A program made the position numbers and the translations under genes. Positions 33,711 to 53,329 of a stretch of 64,000 nucleotides of DNA are shown in pieces. The notes below the pieces were generated by a model that was not told the DNA's origin, searched no databases, and worked only from the letters and a program-made list of their open reading frames with translations. Source of the DNA: Heteronotia binoei (taxonomy: Eukaryota); assembly GCF_032191835.1 (NCBI RefSeq), contig NC_083236.1:70680001-70744000 (forward strand). The letters run 5' to 3'. How positions within the stretch are numbered: position 1 is the stretch's first letter; every line of letters begins with the position of its first letter.

Positions 33711-34755
33711 TTGTCAGCCAGGCTTATGGTTACAGGCCCTACCAAAGCAAGCCAGAAGCGCAGTCCTCGTCCCCTCTCAATAAATGGGAATCCACCCCAA
33801 TGTATCTTTCCTGGTGTGACTGTCCCCCCCGTAACTGCTGTGCCTGCAGGTGGAGGAAGAGGAAGGGGCAGAGCGTAGCCAGATATAAATGCGGGAGCAA
33901 GATATTCAGTTCCAAATAAATATGTTTAGTAAACGCTTTATGATTCCCAGTTGATAACAAAGCAGCGTTTTCATGGATGCATTCATAATGTTGGGGCAGG
34001 GGGCACTTCTGAGAGGTGAGGTCCAGTCCAGGCACACAGCCACGTTTTAAGGTGCCCACCTAACAATCCCGAACAACACCTCAAACCCTTGCCTTGGGAA
34101 AGACGAAGAAGAAGACTGCAGATTTATACCTTGCCCTTCTCTCTGAATCAGAGACTCAGAGCGGCTTACAATCTCCTATATCTTCTCCCTCCACAACAGA
34201 CACCCTGTGAGGTGGGTGGGGCTGAGAAGGCTCCCACAGCAGCTGCCCTTTCAAGGACAACCTTTGCCAGAACTCTGGCTGACCCAAGGCCATTCCAGCA
34301 GCTGAAAGTGGAGGAGTGGGGGATCAAACCCGGTTCTCCCAGATAAGAGTCCACACACTTAGCCACTACACCAAACTGTCAAATGGGATCCTGGAAACTC
34401 ATCAGTGGGTGGATGCCACTTTGGTGATCCCTGTTCCTGAGACATCATCTTTACCCGTTTTTGAGAGCCAGTGTGCTAAGGCAGTTAAGCGTGTCAGACT
34501 AGGGTCTGAAAGATCAAAGTTCACATTGCCACTCCTGGAAGCTTCCAGGGTAACCTCTGGTCAGTCACAGACTCTCAACCTAGCCTCCTCAGGGCTGTTG
34601 TGAATGTAAAATGGAGGACAGGAGTACAGTGTAAGCCCTTTGGGCCCACAATGGGGAGGAGAGGTGAAAAAAGAAAAAACGATATGTGCCAGTGCTGCAA
34701 TCCTGTAGTTGGGGATTTGCATTTGTAACACCCTCTAGGGACTGTCTGACAGAGC

Positions 34756-35150
34756 ATTAGAATCATAGAGTTGAAAGGGACCTCCAGGGTCATCTAGTCC
34801 AACCCCTGGTCCAATGTAGGAAATTCACAAATACCTCCCTCTAAATTCACAGGATCTGCATTGCTGTCAGATGGCCATCTAGCCTCTGTTTCAAAACCTC
34901 CAAGGAAGGAGAGCCCACCACCTCCCGAGGAAGCCTGTTCCACTGAGGAACTGTTTTAACGGTCCACAAGTTCTTCCTAATGTTGAGCCAGAAACCCTTT
35001 TATTTCAACCCGTTGGTTCTGGTCCTACCTTCTGGGGTCACAGAAAACAATTCTGCCCCATCCTCTATAGGACAGCCCTTCAAGTATTTGAAGATGGTGA
35101 TCCTATCACCTCTCAGCTGCCTCCTCTCCAGGCTAAACATACCCAGCTCC
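34756..35150 (-). mobile_element. CR1 3' fragment
   Basis: AGAATCATAGAGTTGAAAGGGACC tail, same family as 19503-20388. Confidence 0.85.
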
Positions 35151-36340
35151 TTTCATTTTCTCAGAACTGATGTACCTTTCAAACACCTTTTTAAAGGGGA
35201 AACAAGCTTCTGTGTTGCTATAGTAACCAGGGACAGTATGGCAAGCAAGCTCGCCTCTCTAAGAACCAGGAATGTTCCTTAGGAAATCTGAAAGATCTTT
35301 GGAGTTCTACCTGTTTTCTGTGTGCCACTGCATGCCTCCAAAGAGCAATCCCCAGCTCCTGCCTCATCTCCCCACCTCCACCTTGGGCAGCAAGGGTGCT
35401 TTCCTCCAAGGCTGGCACTGCCAGAGTGGTACAGCAGTTCGGGTGTCAAACTAGGACCTGGGAGACCGAAATTCAACTGCCTGGTCTGCTCTGCTCACGC
35501 AGTAACCTTGGGTTAGTTCGGCCTAGTCTGCTTCACAGGGCTGTTGTGAACATAACTGGAGAACAGTGTGCTAGGGTTGCCAACCCTCAGATGGGGCCTG
35601 GAGATCTCCCGCTTTTACAAGTGATCTCCAACTGGCAGAGATCCACTCCCCTGGAGAAAATGGCTGCCTGGAAGGGTGGACTCTGGCTTTGCCCCCTGCT
35701 GAGGCCCCTCCCCAAACCCCGCCCTCTCCCAGATCCATCCCCAAAAGTCTCCAGGTATTTTCCAACCCAGACCTAGCAACCATACCATTGGAAGAAGAAG
35801 AAGAAGAAGATATTGGATTTATATCCCGCCCTCCACTCCGAAGAGTCTCAGAGCGGCTCACAATCTCCTTTACCTTCCTCCCCCACAACAAACACCCTGT
35901 GAGGTGGGTGGGGCTGGAGAGGGCTCTCCCAGCAGCTGCCCTTTCAAGGACAACTTCTGCCAGAGCTATGGCTGACCCAAGGCCATTCCTGCAGGTGCAA
36001 GTGGAGGAGTGGGGAATCAAACCCGGTTCTCCCAGATAAGAGTCCGCTTAACACACTTAACCACTACACCAAACTGGCTCTCTCTGGAGGGAAAGGTGAA
36101 TAAATAAACCAACTCGTGCAGCAATCCTGTGCGGATCTGAACTTGTAAAATTCATTTTCTCGGTCTCCATGTACATTTCAGATGGTTTTTTTAAAAGGGG
36201 GGGAATAAGGTGTGTTGCCATAGTAACCAGGGTAAACATTTCATCTCTATGAGGATCCCAAAACTCCAATTCTTGCCTTATTCCCTCCCCCCCCCCCCAG
36301 TGTCATCTCGCTGGTACGGCTCCCCTCCTCCATTTCCACC

Positions 36341-37334
36341 TAGGGTTGCCAAGTCCAATTCAAAAAATATCTGGGGACTTTGGGGTGGAGCCAGGAGAAA
36401 GGTTGTGACAAGCACCGTTCAGCTCCAAAGAGAGTTCTGGCCATCACATTTAAAGGGACCGCACTCCTTTTAAATGCCTTCCCTCCATTGGAAATAATGA
36501 ACGACAGGGGTACCTTCTTTGGGGACTCATAGAATTGGACCCCCTGGCCCAATTTTTTTGAAACCTGCAGGGTGTTTGGAAGAGATGCACTGGATGCTAT
36601 GCTGCAAATTCAGTGCCTCTACCTCAAAAAGCAGCTTCCCCAGAGCCCTAGATACTCATGGATCAATTTTCCATTATACCCTATAGGAATCGGTCTCCAT
36701 AGGGCATAACAGAGCGTCCAGCAGACATTTCCATCCCCCCCCGCCCCCCCCCCCCCGCTTCCTAATGACCCTGAAGCGGGGAGAGGGCTTCCAACCCGGG
36801 GGATCCCCTGTCCTCACCTAGGGTTGCTAATCCCCAGATGGGGGCAGGGGATCCCCCGGTTTGGAGACCCTCCCCCTGCTTCAGGGTCGTCAGAAAGCGG
36901 GGGGAGGGGAGGGAAATGTCTGCTGGGAACTCTGCTATTCCCTATGGAGATTTATTCCCACAGAAAATCATGGAGAATTGATCCGCGGGTATCTGAGGCT
37001 CTGGGGGGGCTGTTTTTTGGGGTAGAGGCGCCAAATTTTCAGTACAACATCTAGTGCCTCTCCCCAAAATACCCTCCAAGTTTCAAAAAGATTGGACCAA
37101 GGGGTCCAATTCTATGAGCCCCAAAAGAAGGTGCCCCTATCCTTCATGATTTCCTATGGAAGGAAGGAACTGAAAAGGTGCTGTCCCTTTAAATGTGATG
37201 GCCAGAACTCCCTTTGGAGCTCAATGATGTTTCTGGCTCCACCCCTAATGTCTCCTGGCTCCACCCCCAAAGACCCCGATATTTCTTAAATTGGACTTGG
37301 CAACCCTACCCTCACCTGGGGATTGGCAACTCTA
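36341..37334. mobile_element. Nested pair of TAGGGTTGCCA-family hAT MITEs
   Basis: Outer 36341-37334, TSD TTTCCACC/TTTCCAGC; inner inverted copy 36819-37308, TSD TCCTCACC/CCCTCACC. Confidence 0.85.
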
Positions 37335-37369
37335 TTTCCAGCCCCGCCCCCCCTATTTTGGAACCAAAG

Positions 37370-37500
37370 CCGCGCGTAGCAACCGTTGCTAGGAGTTCGC
37401 GGAGGGGAGGGAAGCCGTACGGCGCCTGCGCGGAAGTGCGCGCGCATGCGCATTGACCGCATGTGGAAGGACAAGTTGGTCCGCGACTTTGGAAAGCGTC
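37370..37500 (+). promoter_or_regulatory. CDK10 CpG promoter
   Basis: CpG-rich, directly upstream of the ATG. ETS CGGAAGTG at 37431-37438; NRF1-type GCGCATGCGC at 37442-37451; palindrome TAGCAAC-C-GTTGCTA at 37377-37391. Confidence 0.75.
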
Positions 37501-44196
<6,696 letters not shown>

Positions 44197-44929
44197 GCCT
44201 CTTGTATGGCATGCAGAAGTGGCACAGCACATGCACGTGGGGCAAAATTTGCCTCAGAAGGAGCCGGAGCCTGTCACGGGCGGAAGAGAACCCTCCCCTG
44301 CTGTCTGGGGCTTCCCGAATGTCTCGGGGTTTCTAGGAACAGACAGAAGGATAACCTCACTGGATGCCAGCCGGCATCCTCTTGCTGGGTTTCCCTGGAC
44401 ACTGATCAGCAGGGCGCGACGGTGCCAGCCGCAGCACTGACAAGTGGATGGATCCTGCCCCTAAGCACATAACCGCACTTCACCATGAGCCATTCCTGCT
44501 GGCCACTGGGAAGTATTATATGGCCAGGCTATTCATTAGGTTACTTTGCGCAGTGGAAGGCTTTCTCAGGTGACATCCAGAGTTCTGGCTCTGAACCGTG
44601 CACCCTGCACAGCAGTATTGGAAACCATAGACAATGCAGGCAGCCAGTGCCTAGCCTGTCTCCCACAAATATGTCTAATCCCATTCAAGCCTATCTCCAG
44701 ACCTGGTGGCAATAGATACCATAAATTATGTGTTGTATGAAACTGCTTCCTTATGTCTGTGCTCAGTGCTTATTCTCCAGCTTTGTGGGTGATCCCGCAT
44801 CCAAGTATTATGGGAGAAGAGAAATTCCTATTTTCGTATTTGCTGACTCTCCCACACCTCTCAAACATAGTTCTAAAAACCTTCCTCATCTCAGTCATCT
44901 CCTCTCCCCTCCAAAAAACTGGAATCCCA

Positions 44930-45790
44930 GACCCTTCAGCCTTTTCACTAGGCAGCGTGCTTGGTGCCTTTAATTGCTTTTGTGTGCTTCCCCCTCGCTT
45001 AGGCTGCATTTCCAGTTCCATGAATCCTTTCCAAGAAGGGATGCTGCAATTATGCATAGTATTCCAAATATAGCAGTACCGTAGATCTATCTATACAAAG
45101 GGTGCTACTCTACTGGCTATTTTAGCGAAGAGTCTGGCTTTCTCACTCCCATCAACATTTTCATCTAGTTTTCCTCTGCAGCCTCAATTTCGCTCTCCCT
45201 TTCTGTCTCCACTACTTCAGACCCCTATCAGGGTATACTTAAAGTTAAGGGCTCTGTGCCCCAATCACTTCACACTGGCTTGCACTGCACCTCCTTTGCC
45301 ATGATACCTCTCATTCACCCAGCAGGGAGAGATCCTTTTGGAGTGTTTCACAAAGTTTTTTGTTTTTGCTGTACTGAATAATTCAATGTTAACCTGCAAA
45401 CCTGGCAGCTGCACTTCATACCCCAAACACCAGACCCTTTAAGGAGCTAAAAGAGCACAGTCTCCACTGTAAGGCCTGCTGGTTGCTCCTCACCTCTGCT
45501 TCTTGTTGTAACAAGCTATTAATTGATGACAGAACTCATCTTGCTATTCCACAAGTGCTAAATTTATTAATGGACCTTTGGTGAGAGACTTTTGTCAGGG
45601 TTTTTTGGTAAGCCCAAATAAATGCCTACCATCTCACTCTTATCCATATACTTATTAATCTTCTCAACAAACTCAGAATGCAGGTGAGGCAGACTTTCCC
45701 TTTGCAGAAGCCATGTTGATTCTTGCCCTGCAAGGCTTGTCCTTCCGTATGTGTGACATTTCACTTTCTGGTCCAGGTTTCCCCTAAACA
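44930..45790 (-). mobile_element. Old, degenerate CR1 ORF2 (RT) remnant
   Basis: LHSEFVEKINKYMDKSEMVGIYL resembles the CR1 RT segment (EF.E.V...VD....VD.VYLDF); many disruptions. Confidence 0.55.
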
Positions 45791-47796
45791 CCTTCAGCAG
45801 TGCTCCTCCTATGGTGGTTTTATTGATTTCTCTAGATAGTGCCCCCATTGCACTTTTTAGAAGCTCTTTGATAAAATATGGGTTAGAAACTCACACTAAA
45901 TTTCTGACAGCCAAATTCTGCCCCCACACAAACTCCCCCCCCCCCCCCCCAGGTAAACATTTCTTTCTGGCTCCAGCGAAATCATGGCACCCAGACACAT
46001 ACTTCCTAGGCACGGAAAAACTTTACATTTTGAAAACAACTTGGAAATACCGAGTTCTGACAAAAATATTCCAAGTGTTGGCAAATAAGCCTCGCACAGA
46101 AAATGAAGGCAAGTCAGCAAGAGGCACAGGGGCAGAGGCCGGAGCCTGCCCAACTGCAGCTCATTTTCCCTTCCCTTTCGAACGGACAGATGAGAGATGA
46201 CAAGAGAACTGCCCCTAACTCTGGGAGAAGCTGCAGGAATGCCCCATGATTGTCAAAGCAGCCGCTTTTCTGAGCACCAGCTGGGGGCCTGACTCCCCCC
46301 ACTGCAGCTCTCACGCGCAGGAGAACATGGGGCTACTTGTCAGCTCTCTCTGCAGCCCCCCCCCCCAATAATTTTGCAAGAAAGGCAATGGAGTCACAAC
46401 CAAGGACTTCTGCTGCTGCCGTGAGTCCTGTGAATGGAGGGAGGGTGTGAAAGTTGCTTCTCAGCTGGAGAAACAGACTCTGGCTGCCGAGGAAGCAGTC
46501 CTAGAAAGAGCCTCCCTCCCACCCAGCCATTGCACTTCTGCCCACTCAGGATGGGAGCTGGAGCTTTGCATCTGCAGCAGGCCCTGTTTGGGTGGGGAGG
46601 CGTCAGGCAGGGCTCGCAGCCCTCTTCCTAACACCATCCCGGCCCTCTTGCCCCACGATGTCCCTGCCCTGTCCAGATCAAAGGGTTGAAACGCCCAGCC
46701 TCCACACTGCCTGCTCCGTATCTTAGCAACCAATTCAAGCGGTAAAAAGCCACCCCCTTGAAACCCACCTCTTCGCCTGCCTGCCTGCTGATAATGCATT
46801 TTGTGGGCAACAGGAGATGGGGGTTGTTTCTGGACAGCCAGAACAGCAAGACTGGGAGCTGGTGTCAGATTCTGGTGCCCCCCTGTGTGAGTCTGTGGTA
46901 GGCAAGGCTCTCCAGCTTCCCCTGCTATCTTCTGGCATTTTCAGAACTACCTTGGAGATGGCCACTGCAGCAAATCGATTCTTTACTCTTCTGGTTTTCC
47001 TGTCCAGTTACAGAACTATCAAACACTCTGGTAGACAACCACTGGGCTTTTTTAAATGAGAATTTCAGCTCAAGATGAAAGTCCTTTTGCAGAAATTCTC
47101 CACTGACCCCCACATGGGGGGGGATAGCTAGGGAATCTGCCAGTTTCTTTTTAGTGTATTTCTCATTGTACTTTCTGCCAGATGTGGAACAAACGGCTGC
47201 CTTCTTGCACAACAACCAAGGCTGAGGGCCTCCTTTGAGAGTTATGTCATCAGACTACAACCAACATGAAGAACAACTGCCCCCATCCCCCCAAACCAGA
47301 GGAAGCCCCTCGATTTAGAGGAAGGGTCCCTTAGCCTCCCCTCTAATCTTGTGGCATCTCCACCCATTCCATGTAGGCAAGCAGAGCCTACCCCCTGGGG
47401 CGTTAGGATGTCTCTCGGCAAAACATTTGCACTCTGAAGGTGCAGAAGATGGACTTGGGCAAGCAGCCCCTCCCCCCAACTCCTGCTTGTTGAGAAGCAA
47501 GTGGAGCTCAGTGGGCTGGAGGGGTCCAGCAGGGTCACCGTGGGCGGGAGCAGCTTGCCCAATGAGCCTTCTGGATTCTCACCATGAAGCACCAGATTTT
47601 GGCACACATGAGAGGAAAGGAAATTCATCCAAAGAAGTGCCCACCTGTCCTCTTCCTTCCACATATTTTCAAACAGAGTTAGGCGAAGTCCCCTCGGGCT
47701 GAAAGGACGAGAGAGCCAAGCAGGAAGGATGAAAAGCGGGTTTAGTGGGGGCAGGCCCAGGTGTGCCCTCCCCCTCCCATGGCAGGCTCCGCCCTC

Positions 47797-49251
47797 CTAC
47801 AAGAGCTTGTCCACCTCTGTCCGCTGCAGCCAGAGGCGCTGCTGCTTCTCGCTCTGCAGCTCTTCGACGTGGTGGGCGCTGCGACAGTGCTGGGCCATCT
47901 CGCAGCCGCTGCCATGCAGCAAGCGGCAGCTGCCGCAGCAGGAGGAAGGGAGCGCCCCCGGGAGCAGGCACGAGTGCAGATGGTAGCGGGGAGGCTCTGG
48001 GCCCATCACTCCTGAGACCAGCCCCTGAGCTCGCCGCAGGCCCAAGGGACTCAGCTGGGGACTCCGTGGCTGCCTGGCAGAAGGAGAGGCTGGGCTACTG
48101 GGGCTGCGCGGCTGAGGGCTGGAGCTGCCGTAGTGGGGGATGGGGGACAGGAACTGGCTTCCCGGCTGCACGGGGCTGGAGTCTGTGTCACTCAGCCTGC
48201 TGAGCTCCCGCCGCAAGGAGATGAAGGAGAAGGAGGTCTCCAGATCAGGCCCTTCGGAGGCCATGAGCCCATTCCCATAGGGCTGCTCCAGGCCAGGCCC
48301 CCACAGCTTGCTCCTGCCCTCCGGGAGGCCCTGGGGGCTCCTGGCATGCAGTTCCTTGCTCCTCAGCCTGGGGCTGCAGCTGCTGCGCTCATAGGGGGCA
48401 GGCTGATGCAGAGGCGGCAGCCTGGATCCTGGAGGCTCGCCATAACGGTTCGGCTCCTCGGGGCTCTCCCCATATAAGTCGACCCCATCGGCTGGCTCTG
48501 TGCAGAAGTCTTTGCCCCTGGGCCAACGAGCCAGGCTCTGCAGCTGGGCCACGCAGCCCTCCAGGCCGCCCCTGACCTCCCGGCGGGCCTGCAGCAGCTC
48601 TTCCGAGGAGATGCCACAGAGCTCTGTCTCCTCCACGATCTTGCCTAGGATTTCGCACTCCACCCGGGCGGCAAAGAAGCTGCAGGCGACGCGGAGGAGG
48701 CCGGCTCCCGGTGGCAGCTGAGAAATCACCAGGTGGAGGTTGTCTCTCTGGACATAGCCCATCCGGTGGAAACTCCTGGCGATGTCGGCCTCAGACAGCA
48801 CTCCTTGGAGGACGTGCACGTAGACGCCTGAGAAGGTCTGCAAAGGGAGACACCTGTCAGCCCCCCCCATGAGATGAGACAGAAGGACAGCCTGCTCTTA
48901 TGCCCACCCCCCCCAACTCCCAATAGCCCCAGCAGCGCTCACTTTTATGGTGCTAAATTCTTTCCGCCAGGGGAAGAAGTAGAGATTGACAGCCGCCAGC
49001 TCCAATACTTCAAAGGCTCTGCAGAGATTCTGGAGGGCCACGCCCAGGTCCAACTGTCCCCGCAGGGCCCCCGCGATCATGGCAAAGGTGTCTTCCCCTT
49101 GCAAGGCGCAGTGCAGCTCCGGCTCCTCCAGCAGCTGGCGCCACAGCACCTGTTTCAGGGAGGAGTCCGCGCACACGCCCATGTGGCCCCTGCGGAAGTC
49201 CCTCTCCAAGCAGCGCCGGTATTCCTCCTGCAGCGCAGCACCGGGATTCAT
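47797..49251 (-). CDS. SPATA2L: Spermatogenesis-associated 2-like (PUB domain plus C-terminal Cys/His zinc-finger-like region), 449 aa
   Basis: Exons 48943-49251 and 47797-48837, GT-AG. EYRRCLERDFRRG..AFEVLELAAVNLYFFPWRKEFSTIK|TFSGVYVHVL..FSFISLRRELSR..HSCLLPGALPSSCCGSC..RLWLQR matches SPATA2L. Confidence 0.95.
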
Positions 49252-52054
49252 CCTGCAGCAAAACAAAGGCCGAGGCCTGAGACCCTTCCTCTGCAGAACC
49301 TCAGCGGCATCCCACCTTCCCACAGCCTTTCAAGCCAGCGCTGCACACAGATAGGAAAGGGACCAGCGCACCATTTAGGCACAGCCACAGAGCACACGGC
49401 GACAAGCAGGCCTGTAGCCACTGGGAGGAAGGCCTTTGGGGGTCCCGCCCCTGACTTCTGGGTGAGGGCCCCCCAACTTGGGAGCCCCAACCGGCAGCCT
49501 CTGCTCCCCACCACCGCCTCCAACCTTCCTACAATCCAAATCATGCCGGAGAGAAGGCAAGAGCGGCCACTGGCCTTCCCTGCGTGGTTTATAGGCTGCT
49601 CCTGCCACCTCGCAGAGTGGTCAAGCAGCAGTACTGCAGTTTGAACTCTGCTCACGACCTGAGTTCTATCTCAGCGGAAGCTGGTTCAGGTAGCCGGCCC
49701 AAGGTTGACTCAGCCTTCCATCCTTCCAAGGTTGGTAAAATGAGTAGCCAGCTTGCAGGGGGGAAAGTGTAGATGACTGGTGAAGGCAATGGCAAATCAC
49801 CCCGTAAAAAGTCTGCTGTGAAAACATCACCCCAGAGTCGGAAACGACTGGTGCTTGCACAGGGAACCTTTCCTTTTCTGCCACCTCTCCTGTGTGATTT
49901 GGATTGGGGGAGGCCCTCAAGCCTTAGCAGCAGCGGAGAGCAGAAGCCACAGCCTCCACCACAGCTTGAAGGCCGCCCCCCTAAAATGATCCAAATCACA
50001 CTGGAGGGCTGGCAGAAGCATCTACAGCCTCCCGCCAACCAGCTGGTTGACAGGGGCTTTAAATGGCATGGAGAGGCCAGTGGGATGCTTCTGCCAGCCC
50101 TCCCGCGTGATCTGAATTGTTGGCAGGGGTGGCTTTTAAGCTACGGCCAGGACGGAAGGTGTGAGGGGGCACAGATGTTATTTAGGTGAGAGGAGGCTTT
50201 TTAAAAAATTCAGGTGCCCCCTGCTCCCTCCCACTACCTAAAAAATCCTAACTATGGCCCTAAAAAGGTCAAGGTAGTCCCCTGTGCAACCACCAGTCAT
50301 TTTCGACTCTGGGGTGATGTTGCTTTCACAATGTTTTCACAGCAGACTTTTGACGGGGCGGTTTGCCATTGCCTTCCCCAGACATCTACGCTTCCCACCC
50401 CCCCACCAAGCTGGGTACTCATTTTACCAACCTCGGAAGGATGGAAGGCTGAGTCAGCCTCGAGCCGGCTCCCTGAACCCAGCTTCCACCGGGATCGAAC
50501 TCAGATCATGAGCAGAGCTTAGGACTGCAGTACTGCAGCTTTACCACTCTGCACCCCGGGGCTCTGCATCACGGGGCTACGGCCCTGGTGACAAGTAAAT
50601 CCAAATCCAGTCCTTAAAAGTCTTCTAACCTAAACGACATCCCTGAAGCAAGCAGCACATGCAGAGGGAGGGCACCTTGCAGACCTGTTGCTACTTTCTG
50701 TGCACTATGCTCGGCACACCGAGCTTTTAAAATTCACTAAAAACATTAATTAGTCACCTTTCTCCCATACAGAGCTCAAAGTAACTTGCAGTATATAAAC
50801 AAAAGACATAAAATAACAATTCAGGCCTGTTGAAGACTGACAGTGAGGGGGCCAGGTGCACCTCCCTGGGAGGCTGTTCTACGATCATGGAGCTGCCACT
50901 GAGAAGGCCCTCTCTCATGCGCCCACCAGATGAGCAGCTCCGTTTGGAGGGACAGTCAAGAGAGCCTCTCTCTGCTGTCTTTACTCCAGGGCAGGAATAT
51001 ATGGGAGAAGAGGGCCTTTCGGTCTGCACAGAGCAACGTGGTGGCACAGGCAGGGGGCAGCCCATGCAGCAAGCAGGGAGACCTTGCTGCACACACAAGC
51101 TCTGTGGCTGGACCACTCTGCAAGGCCCCTGCTGACCTTCAGCAGCCACAAGAATCCAAACATTCCCTTTTGTTTCATAAAGGCCCAGGTCATCCAGTTC
51201 TCCATGACACTTCAGGAGTGTGAAGCTCATACTGGAGGACACCTCCACAGTCACCATTGTCATGTTCACCCAAGCAGTTGCAGCCCCACATTTGCTCAGC
51301 TGTCCTCCCATTTGTTTCCCCAAGTGATGGCTTATTTTCATTCTTCTAAAACTTCCAACACAACTGCAACCCCTGCAGTCTGGAGCTATTAGTCATTCAA
51401 CCGACCTGCATGTTGGGGCCCAAACTGGCTTGCTTTCCTCTTCATTTCCCGCCCCCTTTTTCCTTTGGAGATTGAGTTGTAAGCTCAACTTTGGAGATGT
51501 TTCTCCCCCCTTTTTCTTTTGGAGATGTTACTTTGAGTTGTAAACCACTCTGAACGTGGTGGGCAAAATGGTGGAATGCAAATGTACCAAATATGTAAAG
51601 ATTCAGCAGCTTATTTGCTTGAGATGGCAAGTGAGTGGTAACCCCGGCCTTTCAGCCTCACCTGAGACCCACCGTGGTGTACTGGCTAAAGTGCTGGAGT
51701 GAGATCTGGGAGAGCCAGGTTCGAATCTCCACTCTGGCACAAAAGTTCGCTGGGTGGCCTCGGGCCCATCACACTCTCAGCCTAGCCCACCTCACAGGAC
51801 TGTTGTGAAGGTAAAACAAAGGTGAGAAGAATGGTGTGGGCTGCTTTGGCTCCCCACTGAAGAGAAATGCAGGGAATAAGTGAAGTAAGTAAGATCTATA
51901 CCACCATCCCTTCGCATGCTCTGAGGAAATGAGAAAGCTGCCGGTTTTGCTATAGGCTGATGGGACTTTGTCTCAAACAAAAGTCTCCCCCCCCCCCCCC
52001 GATCCAGCCACAGCAGGCGAGGGAAGGGGGGCTTGCTCAACTGGTTATCTCTCC

Positions 52055-52270
52055 ACATATGAAGCTGAAGCTGCCTTCTACTTTATCAGACCCTCTTTAG
52101 TCCATCAAAGCCAGTCTTGTCAATCAGACTGGCAGCGGCTCTCAAGGGACTCAAGCTGAGGTTGTCCACGCCTACTTGCCTGGACCCTTTTCAGTTGGAG
52201 ATGCCGGGGATTGAACCTGGGACCTTCTGCTTCCCAAGCGGATGCTCTACCACTAAGCCACCATCCCTTA
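52055..52270 (-). mobile_element. tRNA-derived SINE with CR1-like tail
   Basis: Same family as 2022-2460. Confidence 0.75.
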
Positions 52271-52602
52271 CTTCCTCTTGCACCCAGGTGGGACCAGGAG
52301 GGAGAGAGGGAACCCAGCAGCCAGCCTGGGAGGGGGGAACTTCCCTGCTTGACCCCCGCCCACCTCCGCAGTCCTTCATGGCCGCATCGCACAGTTGGTT
52401 TGGGGTGGAGGGTGTTCCAGCCTGGCTTTTTGTGGTCTTCTTCCGAGGCAACCAAGTAAGGAGCTCCCAGCTCCTGGGCAGGCTCCCAAAATCCGTGGTG
52501 GCTGCATGAAGGCAGGCAAAGCAAAGCCCCCCAGGGAAGCCAAGGGGGCCCCGTCTGGGCAAGGGCAAGCGTTGTGGTGGGGGGACAGGCCGGCTCCCTT
52601 CT

Positions 52603-53285
52603 CATAGAATCACAGAGTTGGAAGGGACCTCCAGGGTCATCTAGTACAACCCCCTTCACAAGGCAGGAAACTCACAAACACCTCCCCCTAAATTCACAAG
52701 ATCTTCATTGCTGTCAGATGGCCATCTAGCCTCTGTTTAAAAACCTCCAAGGAAGGAGAGCCCATCACCTCCCGAGGAAGCCTGTTCTACTGAGGAATCG
52801 CTCTAACCGTCAGGAAGTTCTTCCTAATGTTGAGCTAGAAACTCTTTTGATTTAATTTCAACCCACTGATTCTGGTCCTAACTTCTGGGGCCACAGAAAA
52901 CAATTCCACCCCATCCTCTCTATGACAGCCCTTCAAGTCCTTGAAGATGGTGATCCTATCACCTCTCAGCTGCCTCCTCTCCAGGCTAAACATGCCCAGC
53001 TCCTTCAACCTTCCCTCGTAGGATTTGGTCTCCATCTTCGTCGTCCTCCTCCGGACCCCTTCCAGCTTGTCTAGATCCTTCTTAAAATGTGGTGCTCAAA
53101 ACTGAACACAAGACTCCAGGTGAGGTCTTACCAGAGCAGAATAAAGCAATATCACTACTTTTCACGATCTGCACACTAGACTTCTGTTGATACAGCCCAG
53201 AATCGCATTGGCCTTTTTAGCTGCTGCATCACACTGCTGACTCATGCTCAGCGTATGGTCCACTAAGACCCTTTTCGCACAGACT
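52603..53285 (-). mobile_element. CR1 LINE 3' fragment
   Basis: METKSYEGRLKELGMFSLERRQLRGD..FKDLKGC..LFSVA; ATTCT tail. Confidence 0.88.
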
Positions 53286-53329
53286 ACTGCAATACTTCTC
53301 ATACTCCGCCGCCCGGGGAGCCTTGCTAG

